Below, piece by piece: positions 29,918 to 41,900 of a stretch of 64,000 nt of DNA. A model generated the notes under the pieces. That model made no database searches, had not been told where the DNA came from, and saw only the letters and a program-made list of their open reading frames with translations. The translations under genes were made by a program, and so were the position numbers. This stretch comes from Eledone cirrhosa (lineage: Eukaryota), in assembly GCA_964016885.1 (NCBI GenBank), contig OZ024743.1, positions 67,890,001 through 67,954,000 of the forward strand, in the 5' to 3' direction. The first letter of the stretch is position 1; each line of letters opens with the position of its first letter.

Positions 29918-32900
29918 TTATGTAGTTGTGATGGTAGTGGTGGTGGACGTGTTAGTTGTGATATTTGTGGTGGATAATGTAGTTGTGATGGTAGTGGTGG
30001 CTGTGTTAGTTGTGATATTTGTGGTGGATAATGTAGTTGTGTTGGTAGTGGTGGACGTGTTAGTTGTGATATTTGTGGTGTATAATGTAGTTGTGATGGT
30101 TGTGGTGGATAATGTAGTTGTGATGGTAGTGGTGGACGTGTTATTTGTGATATTTGTGGTGGATAATGTAGTTGTGATGGTAGTGGTGGCCGTGTTAGTT
30201 GTGATATTTGTGGTGGATAATGTAGTTGTGATGGTAGTCGTGGCCTTGTTAGTTGTGATATTTGTGGTGGATAATGTAGTTGTGATGGTAGTGGTGGCCC
30301 TGTTAGTTGTGATATTTGTGGTGGATAATGTAGTTCTAATGTTAGTGGTGGCCGTGTTAGTTGTGATATTTGTGGTGGATAATGTAGTTGTGATGGTTGT
30401 GGTGGATAATGTAGTTGTGATGGTAGTGGTGGACGTGTTAGTTGTGATATTTGTGGTGGATAATGTAGTTGTGATTGTAGTGGTGGCCGTGTTAGTTGTG
30501 ATATTTGTGGTGGATAATGTAGTTGTAATGTTAGTGGTGGCCGTGTTTGTTGTGATATTTGTGGTGGATAATGTAGTTGTGATGTTTGTGGTGGATAATG
30601 TAGTTGTGATGATAGTGGTGGACGTGTTAGTTGTGATATTTGTGGTGGATAATGTAGTTGTGATTGTAGTGGTGGCCGTGTTAGTTGTGATATTTGTGGT
30701 GGATAATGTAGTTGTGATTGTAGTGGTGGCCGTGTTAGTTGTGATATTTGTGGTGGATAATGTAGTTGTGATGGTAGTGGTGGCCGTGTTAGTTGTGATA
30801 TTTGTGGTGGATAATGTAGTTGTGATGGTAGTGGTGGATAATGTAGTTGTGATGGTAGTGGTGGACGTGTTAGTTGTGATATTTGTGGTGGATAATGTAG
30901 TTGTGATTGTAGTGGTGGCCTTGTTAGTTGTGATATTTGTGGTGGATAATGTAGTTGTGATGGTAGTGGTGGCCGTGTTAGTTGTGATATTTGTGGTGGA
31001 TAATGTAGTTGTGATGGTTGTGGTGGCCGTTTTATTTGTGATATTTGTGGTGGATAATGTAGTTGTGATGGTAGTGGTGGACGTGTTAGTTGTGATATTT
31101 GTGGTGGATAATGTAGTTCTGATGGTAGTGCTGGCCGTGTTAGTTGTGATATTTGTGGTGGATAATGTTGTTGTGATGGTTGTGGTGGATAATGTAGTTG
31201 TGATGGTAGTGGTGGCTGTGTTAGTTGTGATATTTGTGGTGGATAATGTAGTTGTGATGGTAGTGGTGGTGGACGTGTTAGTTGTGATATTTGTGGTGGA
31301 TAATGTTGTTGTGGTGGTTGTGGTGGATAATGTAGTTGTGATGTTAGTGGTGGCTGTGTTAGTTGTGATATTTGTGGTGGATAATGTAGTTGTGATGTTT
31401 GTGGTGGCCGTGTTAGTTGTGATATTTGTGGTGGATAATGTAGTTGTGATGGTAGTGGTGGCTGTGTTAGTTGTGATATTTGTGGTGGATAATGTAGTTG
31501 TGATGGTAGTGGTGGACGTGTTAGTTGTGATACTTGTGGTGTATAATGTAGTTGTGATGGTAGTGGTGGATAATGTAGTTGTGATGGTAGTGGTGGCTGT
31601 GTTAGTTGTGATATTTGTGGTGGATAATGTAGTTGTGATGTTTGTGGTGGCCGTGTTAGTTGTGATATTTGTGGTGGATAATGTAGTTGTGATTGTAGTG
31701 GTGGCCTTGTTAGTTGTGATATTTGTGGTGGATAATGTAGTTGTGATGGTAGTGTTGGCCGTGTTAGTTGTGATATTTGTGGTGGATAATGTAGTTGTGG
31801 TGGATAATGTAGTTGTGATGGTGGTGGTGGACGTGTTATTTGTGATATTTGTGGTGGATAATGTAGTTGTGATGGTAGTGGTGGCCGTGTTAGTTGTGAT
31901 ATTTATGGTGGATAATGTAGTTGTGATGGTAGTCGTGGCCGTGTTAGTTGTGATATTTGTGGAGTATAATGTAGTTGTGATGGTTGTGGTGGATAATGTA
32001 GTTGGGATGGTAGTGGTGGACGTGTTAGTTGTGATATTTGTGGTGGATAATGTAGTTGTGATTGTAGTGGTGGCCGTGTTAGTTGTGATATTTGTGGTGG
32101 ATAATGTAGTTGTGATGGTTGTGGTGGATAATGTAGTTGTGATGGTAGTGGTGGACGTGTTAGTTGTGATATTTGTGGTGGATAATGTAGTTGTGATTGT
32201 AGTGGTGGCCGTGTTAGTTGTGATATTTTTGGTGGATAATGTAGTTGTGATTGTTGTGGTGGCCGTGTTAGTTGTGATATTTGTGGTGGATAATGTAGTT
32301 GTGATGGTAGTGGTGGACGTGTTAGTTGTGATATTTGTGGTGGATAATGTAGTTATGATGGTTGTAGTGGATAATGTAGTTGTGATGGTAGTGGTGGACG
32401 TGTTAGTTGTGATATTTGTGGTGGATAATGTAGTTGTGATTGTTGTGGTGGCCGTGTTAGTTGTGATATTTGTGGTGGATAATGTAGTTGTAATGTTAGT
32501 GGTGGCCGTGTTAGTTGTGATATTTGTGGTGGATAATATAGTTGTGATGGTTGTGGTGGATAATGTAGTTGTGATGGTAGTGGTGGACGTGTTAGTTGTG
32601 ATATTTGTGGTGGATAATGTAGTTGTGATTGTAGTGGTGGCCGTGTTAGTTGTGATATTTGTGGTGGATAATGTAGTTGTGATGGTTGTGGTGGATAATG
32701 TAGTTGTGATGGTAGTGGTGGACGTGTTAGTTGTGATATTTGTGGTGGATAATGTAGTTGTGATTGTAGTGGTGGCCGTGTTAGTTGTGATGTTTTTGGT
32801 GGATAATGTAGTTGTGATTGTTGTGGTGGCCGTGTTAGTTGTGATATTTGTGGTGGATAATGTAGTTGTGATTGTAGTGGTGGCCTTGTTAGTTGTGATA

Positions 32901-35900
32901 TTTGTGGTGGATAATGTAGTTGTGATGGTAGTGTTGGCCGTGTTAGTTGTGATATTTGTGGTGGATAATGTAGTTGTGGTGGATAATGTAGTTGTGATGG
33001 TGGTGGTGGACGTGTTATTTGTGATATTTGTGGTGGATAATGTAGTTGTGATGGTAGTGGTGGCCGTGTTAGTTGTGATATTTATGGTGGATAATGTAGT
33101 TGTGATGGTAGTCGTGGCCGTGTTAGTTGTGATATTTGTGGAGTATAATGTAGTTGTGATGGTTGTGGTGGATAATGTAGTTGGGATGGTAGTGGTGGAC
33201 GTGTTAGTTGTGATATTTGTGGTGGATAATGTAGTTGTGATTGTAGTGGTGGCCGTGTTAGTTGTGATATTTGTGGTGGATAATGTAGTTGTGATGGTTG
33301 TGGTGGATAATGTAGTTGTGATGGTAGTGGTGGACGTGTTAGTTGTGATATTTGTGGTGGATAATGTAGTTGTGATTGTAGTGGTGGCCGTGTTAGTTGT
33401 GATATTTTTGGTGGATAATGTAGTTGTGATTGTTGTGGTGGCCGTGTTAGTTGTGATATTTGTGGTGGATAATGTAGTTGTGATGGTAGTGGTGGACGTG
33501 TTAGTTGTGATATTTGTGGTGGATAATGTAGTTATGATGGTTGTAGTGGATAATGTAGTTGTGATGGTAGTGGTGGACGTGTTAGTTGTGATATTTGTGG
33601 TGGATAATGTAGTTGTGATTGTTGTGGTGGCCGTGTTAGTTGTGATATTTGTGGTGGATAATGTAGTTGTAATGTTAGTGGTGGCCGTGTTAGTTGTGAT
33701 ATTTGTGGTGGATAATATAGTTGTGATGGTTGTGGTGGATAATGTAGTTGTGATGGTAGTGGTGGACGTGTTAGTTGTGATATTTGTGGTGGATAATGTA
33801 GTTGTGATTGTAGTGGTGGCCGTGTTAGTTGTGATATTTGTGGTGGATAATGTAGTTGTGATGGTTGTGGTGGATAATGTAGTTGTGATGGTAGTGGTGG
33901 ACGTGTTAGTTGTGATATTTGTGGTGGATAATGTAGTTGTGATTGTAGTGGTGGCCGTGTTAGTTGTGATGTTTTTGGTGGATAATGTAGTTGTGATTGT
34001 TGTGGTGGCCGTGTTAGTTGTGATATTTGTGGTGGATAATGTAGTTGTAATGTTAGTGGTGGCCGTGTTAGTTGTGATATTTGTGGTGGATAATGTAGTT
34101 GTGATGGTTGTGGTGGATAATGTAGTTGTGATGGTAGTGGTGGACGTGTTAGTTGTGATATTTGTGGTGGATAATGTAGTTGTGATGGTAGTGGTGGATA
34201 ATGTAGTTGTGATGGTAGTGGTGGACGTGTTAGTTGTGATATTTGTGGTGGATAATGTAGTTGTGATTGTAGTGGTGGCCGTGTTAGTTGTGATATTTGT
34301 GGTGGATAATGTAGTTGTGATGGTAGTGGTGGACGTGTTAGTTGTGATATTTGTGGTGGATAATGTAGTTGTGATGGTTGTGGTGGATAATGTAGTTGTG
34401 ATGGTGGTGGTGGACGTGTTATTTGTGATATTTGTGGTGGATAATGTAGTTGTGATGGTAGTGGTGGCCGTGTTAGTTGTGATATTTGTGGTGGATAATG
34501 TAGTTGTGATGGTAGTCGTGGCCGTGTTAGTTGTGATATTTGTGGAGTATAATGTAGTTGTGATGGTTGTGGTGGATAATGTAGTTGTGATGGTAGTGGT
34601 GGACGTGTTAGTTGTGATATATGTGGTGGATAATGTAGTTGTGATTGTTGTGGTGGCCGTGTTAGTTGTGATATTTGTGGTGGATAATGTAGTTGTGATG
34701 GTAGTGGTGGACGTGTTAGTTGTGATATTTGTGGTGGATAATGTAGTTATGATGGTTGTAGTAGATAATGTAGTTGTGATGGTAGTGGTGGACGTGTTAG
34801 TTGTGATATTTGTGGTGGATAATGTAGTTGTGATTGTTGTGGTGGCCGTGTTAGTTGTGATATTTGTGGTGGATAATGTAGTTGTAATGTTAGTGGTGGC
34901 CGTGTTAGTTGTGATATTTGTGGTGGATAATATAGTTGTGATGGTTGTGGTGGATAATGTAGCTGTGATGGTAGTGGTGGACGTGTTAGTTGTGATATTT
35001 GTGGTGGATAATGTAGTTGTGATTATAGTGGTGGCCGTGTTAGTTGTGATATTTGTGGTGGATAATGTAGTTGTGATGGTTGTGGTGGATAATGTAGTTG
35101 TGATGGTAGTGGTGGACGTGTTAGTTGTGATATTTGTGGTGGATAATGTAGTTGTGATTGTAGTGGTGGCCGTGTTAGTTGTGATATTTTTGGTGGATAA
35201 TGTAGTTGTGATTGTTGTGGTGGCCGTGTTAGTTGTGATATTTGTGGTGGATAATGTAGTTGTAATGTTAGTGGTGGCCGTGTTAGTTGTGATATTTGTG
35301 GTGGATAATGTAGTTGTGATGATTGTGGTGGATAATGTAGTTGTGATGATAGTGGTGGACGTGTTAGTTGTGATATTTGTGGTGGATAATGTAGTTGTGA
35401 TGGTAGTGGTGGATAATGTAGTTGTGATGGTAGTGGTGGACGTGTTAGTTGTGATATTTGTGGTGGATAATGTAGTTGTGATTGTAGTGGTGGCCGTGTT
35501 AGTTGTGATATTTGTGGTGGATAATGTAGTTGTGATGGTAGTGGTGGCCGTGTTAGTTGTGATATTTGTGGTGGATAATGTAGTTGTGATGGATGTGGTT
35601 GCCGTATTATTTGTGATATTTGTGGTGGATAATGTAGTTGTGATGGTAGTGGTGGACGTGTTAGTTGTGATATTTGTGGTGGATAATGTAGTTGTGATGG
35701 TAGTGGTGGCCCTGTTAGTTGTGATGTTTGTGGTGGATAATGTTGTTGTGATGGTTGTGGTGGATAATGTAGTTGTGATGGTAGTGGTGGATAATGTAGT
35801 TGTGATGGTAGTGGTGGCCCTGTTAGTTGTGATGTTTGTGGTGGATAATGTTGTTGTGATGGTTGTGGTGGATAATGTAGTTGTGATGGTAGTGGTGGCT

Positions 35901-38900
35901 GTGTTATTTGTGATATTTGTGGTGGATAATGTAGTTGTGATGGTAGTGGTGGACGTGTTAGTTGTGATATTTGTGGTGGATAATGTTGTTGTGATGGTTG
36001 TGGTGGATAATGTAGTTGTGACGGTAGTGGTGGCTGTGTTAGTTGTGATATTTGTGGTGGATAATGTAGTTGTGATGGTTGTGGTGGCCGTGTTAGTTGT
36101 GATATTTGTGGTGGATAATGTAGTTGTGATGGTAGTGGATGCTGTGTTAGTTGTGATATTTGTGGTGGATAACGTAGTTGCGATGGTAGTGGTGGCTGTG
36201 TTAGTTCTGATATTTGTGGTGGATAATGTAGTTGTGATGGTAGTGGTGGACGTGTTAGTTGTGATATTTGTGGTGGATAATGTAGTTGTGATGGTAGTGG
36301 TGGACGTGTTAGTTGTGATATTTGTGGTGGATAATGTAGTTGTGTTGGTAGTGGTGGACGTGTTATTAGTGATATTTGTGGTGGATAATGTAGTTGTGAT
36401 GGTAGTCGTGGTCGTGTTAGTTGTGATATTTGTGGTGGATAATGTAGTTGTGATGGTTGTGGTGGATAATGTAGTTGTGATTGTAGTGGTGGCCCTGTTA
36501 GTTGTGATATTTGTGGTGGATAATGTAGTTGTGATGGTTGTGGTGGCCGTGTTATTCGTGATGTTTGTGGTGGATAATATAGTTGTGATGGTAGTGGTGG
36601 CCGTGTTAGTTGTGATATTTGTGGTGGATAATGTAGTTGTGATGGTAGTCGTGGCCGTGTTAGTTGTGATATTTGTGGTGGATAATGTAGTTGTGATGGT
36701 AGTGGTGGCCGTGTTAGTTGTGATATTTGTGGTGGATAATGTAGTTGTGATGGTAGTGGTGGATAATGTAGTTGTGGTGGTAGTGGTGGACGTGTTAGTT
36801 GTGATATTTGTGGTGGATAATGTAGTTGTGATTGTTGTGGTGGCCTTGTTAGTTGTGATATTTGTGGTGGATAATGTAGTTTTAATGTTAGTGGTGGCCG
36901 TGTTAGTTGTGATATTTGTGGTGGATAATGTAGTTGTGATGGTTGTGGTGGATAATGTAGTTGTGATGGTAGTGGTGGACGTGTTAGTTGTGATATTTGT
37001 GGTGGATAATGTAGTTGTGATGGTAGTGGTGGACGTGTTAATTGTGATATTTGTGGTGGATAATGTAGTTGTGATTGTAGTGGTGGCCGTGTTAGTTGTG
37101 ATATTTGTGGTGGATAATGTAGTTGTGATTGTAGTGGTGGCCGTGTTAGTTGTGATATTTGTGGTGGATAATGTAGTTGTGATGGTAGTGGCGGCCGTGT
37201 TAGTTGTGATATTTGTGGTGGATAATGTAGTTGTGATGGTAGTGGTGGATAATGTAGTTGTGATGGTAGTGGTGGACGTGTTAGTTGTGATATTTGTGGT
37301 GGATATTGTAGTTGTGATTGTAGTGGTGGCCTTGTTAGTTGTGATATTTGTGGTGGATAATGTAGTTGTGATGGTAGTGGTGGCCGTGTTAGTTGTGATA
37401 TTTGTGGTGGATAATGTAGTTGTGATGGTTGTGGTGGCCGTTTTATTTGTGATATTTGTGTTGGATAATGTAGTTGTGATGGTAGTGGTGGACGTGTTAG
37501 TTGTGATATTTGTGGTGGATAATGTAGTTGTGATGGTAGTGCTGGCCGTGTTAGTTGTGATATTTGTGGTGGATAATGTTGTTGTGATGGTTGTGGTGGA
37601 TAATGTAGTTGTGATGGTAGTGGTGGTGGACGTGTTAGTTGTGATATTTGTGGTGGATAATGTTGTTGTGGTGGTTGTGGTGGATAATGTAGTTGTGATG
37701 GTAGTGGTGGCTGTGTTAGTTGTGATATTTGTGGTGGATAATGTAGTTGTGATGTTTGTGGTGGCCGTGTTAGTTGTGATATTTGTGGTGGATAATGTAG
37801 TTGTGATGGTAGTGGTGGCTGTGTTAGTTGTGATATTTGTGGTGGATAATGTAGTTGTGATGGTAGTGGTGGACGTGTTAGTTGTGATATTTGTGGTGTA
37901 TAATGTAGTTGTGATGGTAGTGGTGGCTGTGTTAGTTGTGATATTTGTGGTGGATAATGTAGTTGTGATGTTTGTGGTGGCCGTGTTAGTTGTGATATTT
38001 GTGGTGGATAATGTAGTTGTGATTGTAGTGGTGGCCTTGTTAGTTGTGATATTTGTGGTGGATAATGTAGTTGTGATGGTAGTGGTGGCCGTGTTAGTTG
38101 TGATATTTGTGGTGGATAATGTAGTTGTGATGGTTGTGGTGGCCGTTTTATTTGTGATATTTGTGGTGGATAATGTAGTTGTGATGGTAGTGGTGGACGT
38201 GTTAATTGTGATATTTGTGGTGGATAATGTAGTTGTGATGGTTGTGGTGGATAATGTAGTTGTGATGGTGGTGGTGGACGTGTTATTTGTGATATTTGTG
38301 GTGGATAATGTAGTTGTGATGGTAGTGGTGGCCGTGTTAGTTGTGATATTTGTGGTGGATAATGTAGTTGTGATGGTAGTCGTGGCCGTGTTAGTTGTGA
38401 TATTTGTGGAGTATAATGTAGTTGTGATGGTTGTGGTGGATAATGTAGTTGTGATGGTAGTGGCTGACGTGTTAGTTGTGATATATGTGGTGGATAATGT
38501 AGTTGTGATTGTTGTGGTGGCCGTGTTAGTTGTGATATTTGTGGTGGATAATGTAGTTGTGATGGTTGTGGTGGCCGTGTTAGTTGTGATATTTGTGGTG
38601 GATAATGTTGTTGTGATGGTGGTGGTGGACGTGTTATTTGTGATATTTGTGGTGGATAATGTAGTTGTGATGGTAGTGGTGGCCGTGTTAGTTGTGATAT
38701 TTGTGGTGGATAATGTAGTTGTGATGGTAGTCGTGGCCGTGTTAATTGTGATATTTGTGGAGTATAATGTAGTTGTGATGGTTGTGGTGGATAATGTAGT
38801 TGTGATGGTAGTGGCTGACGTGTTAGTTGTGATATATGTGGTGGATAATGTAGTTGTGATTGTTGTGGTGGCCGTGTTAGTTGTGATATTTGTGGTGGAT

Positions 38901-41900
38901 AATGTAGTTGTGATGGTAGTGGTGGACGTGTTAGTTGTGATATTTGTGGTGGATAATGTAGTTATGATGGTTGTAGTGGATAATGTAGTTGTGATGGTAG
39001 TGGTGGACGTGTTAGTTGTGATATTTGTGGTGGATAATGTAGTTGTGATTGTTGTGGTGGCCGTGTTAGTTGTGATATTTGTGGTGGATAATGTAGTTGT
39101 AATGTTAGTGGTGGCCGTGTTAGTTGTGATATTTGTGGTGGATAATATAGTTGTGATGGTTGTGGTGGATAATGTAGTTGTGATGGTAGTGGTGGATGTG
39201 TTAGTTGTGATATTTGTGGTGGATAATGTAGTTGTGATTGTAGTGGTGGCCGTGTTAGTTGTGATATTTGTGGTGGATAATGTAGTTGTAATGGTTGTGG
39301 TGGATAATGTAGTTTTGATGGTAGTGGTGGACGTGTTAGTTGTGATATTTGTGGTGGATAATGTAGTTGTGATTGTAGTGGTGGCCGTGTTAGTTGTGAT
39401 ATTTGTAGTGGATAATGTAGTTGTAATGTTAGTGGTGGCCGTGTTAGTTGTGATATTTGTGGTGGATAATGTAGTTGTGATGGTTGTGGTGGATAATGTA
39501 GTTGTGATGGTAGTGGTGGACGTTTTAGTTGTGATATTTGTGGTGGATAATGTAGTTGTGATGGTAGTGGTGGATAATGTAGTTGTGATGGTAGTGGTGG
39601 ACGTGTTAGTTGTGATATTTGTGGTGGATAATGTAGTTGTGATATTTGTGGTGGATAATGTAGTTGTGATGGTTGTGGTGGCCGTATTATTTGTGATATT
39701 TGTGGTGGATAATGTAGTTGTGATGGTAGTGGTGGACGTGTTAGTTGTGATATTTGTGGTGGATAATGTAGTTGTGATGGTAGTGTTGGCCCTGTTAGTT
39801 GTGATGTTTGTGGTGGATAATGTTGTTGTGATGGTTGTGGTGGATAATGTAGTTGTGAAGGTAGTGGTGGCTGTGTTATTTGTGATATTTGTGGTGGATA
39901 ATGTAGTTGTGATGGTAGTGGTGGACGTGTTAGTTGTGATATTTGTGGTGGATAATGTTGTTGTGATGGTTGTGGTGGATAATGTAGTTGTGACGGTAGT
40001 GGTGGCTGTGTTAGTTGTGATATTTGTGGTGGATAATGTAGTTGTGATGGTTGTGGTGGCCGTGTTAGTTGTGATATTTGTGGTGGATAATGTAGTTGTG
40101 ATGGTAGTGGATGCTGTGTTAGTTGTGATATTTGTGGTGGATAATGTAGTTGCGATGGTAGTGGTGGACGTGTTAGTTGTGATATTTGTGGTGGATAATG
40201 TAGTTGTGATGGTAGTGGTGGACGTGTTAGTTGTGATATTTGTGGTGGATAATGTAGTTGTGTTGGTTGTGGTGGATAATGTAGTTGTGATGGTAGTGGT
40301 GGACGTGTTATTAGTGATATTTGTGGTGGATAATGTAGTTGTGATGGTAGTGGTGGCCGTGTTAGTTGTGATATTTGTGGTGGATAATGTAGTTGTGATG
40401 GTAGTCGTGGCCGTGTTAGTTGTGATATTTGTGGTGGATAATGTAGTTGTGATGGTTGTGGTGGATAATGTAGTTGTGATTGTAGTGGTGGCTGTGTTAG
40501 TTGTGATATTTGTGGTGGATAATGTAGTTGTGATGGTTGTGGTGGCCGTGTTGTTTGTGATATTTGTGGTGGATAATGTAGTTGTGATGGTTGTGGTGGA
40601 TAATGTAGTTGTGATTGTTGTGGTGGCCTTGTTAGTTCTGATATTTGTGGTGGATAATGTAGTTTTAATGTTAGTGGTGGCCGTGTTAGTTGTGATATTT
40701 GTGGTGGATAATGTAGTTGTGATGGTAGTGGTGGCCGTGTTAGTTGTGATATTTGTGGTGGATAATGTAGTTATGATGGTTGTAGTGGATAATGTAGTTG
40801 TGATGGTAGTGGTGGACGTGTTAGTTGTGATATTTGTGGTGGATAATGTAGTTGTGATTGTTGTGGTGGCCGTGTTAGTTGTGATATTTGTGGTGGATAA
40901 TGTAGTTGTAATGTTAGTGGTGGCCGTGTTAGTTGTGATATTTGTGGTGGATAATATAGTTGTGATGGTTGTGGTGGATAATGTAGTTGTGATGGTAGTG
41001 GTGGACGTGTTAGTTGTGATATTTGTGGTGGATAATGTAGTTGTGATTGTAGTGGTGGCCGTGTTAGTTGTGATATTTGTGGTGGATAATGTAGTTGTAA
41101 TGGTTGTGGTGGATAATGTAGTTTTGATGGTAGTGGTGGACGTGTTAGTTGTGATATTTGTGGTGGATAATGTAGTTGTGATTGTAGTGGTGGCCGTGTT
41201 AGTTGTGATATTTGTAGTGGATAATGTAGTTGTAATGTTAGTGGTGGACGTTTTAGTTGTGATATTTGTGGTGGATAATGTAGTTGTGATGCTAGTGGTG
41301 GATAATGTAGTTGTGATGGTAGTGGTGGACGTGTTAGTTGTGATATTTGTGGTGGATAATGTAGTTGTGATATTTGTGGTGGATAATGTAGTTGTGATGG
41401 TTGTGGTTGCCGTATTATTTGTGATATTTGTGGTGGATAATGTAGTTGTGATGGTAGTGGTGGACGTGTTAGTTGTGATATTTGTGGTGGATAATGTAGT
41501 TGTGATGGTAGTGGTGGCCCTGTTAGTTGTGATGTTTGTGGTGGATAATGTTGTTGTGATGGTTGTGGTGGATAATGTAGTTGTGAAGGTAGTGGTGGCT
41601 GTGTTATTTGTGATATTTGTGGTGGATAATGTAGTTGTGATGGTAGTGGTGGACGTGTTAGTTGTGATATTTGTGGTGGATAATGTTGTTGTGATGGTTG
41701 TGGTGGATAATGTAGTTGTGACGGTAGTGGTGGCTGTGTTAGTTGTGATATTTGTGGTGGATAATGTAGTTGTGATGGTTGTGGTGGATAATGTAGTTGT
41801 GATTGTAGTGGTGGCTGTGTTAGTTGTGATATTTGTGGTGGATAATGTAGTTGTGATGGTTGTGGTGGCCGTGTTGTTTGTGATATTTGTGGTGGATAAT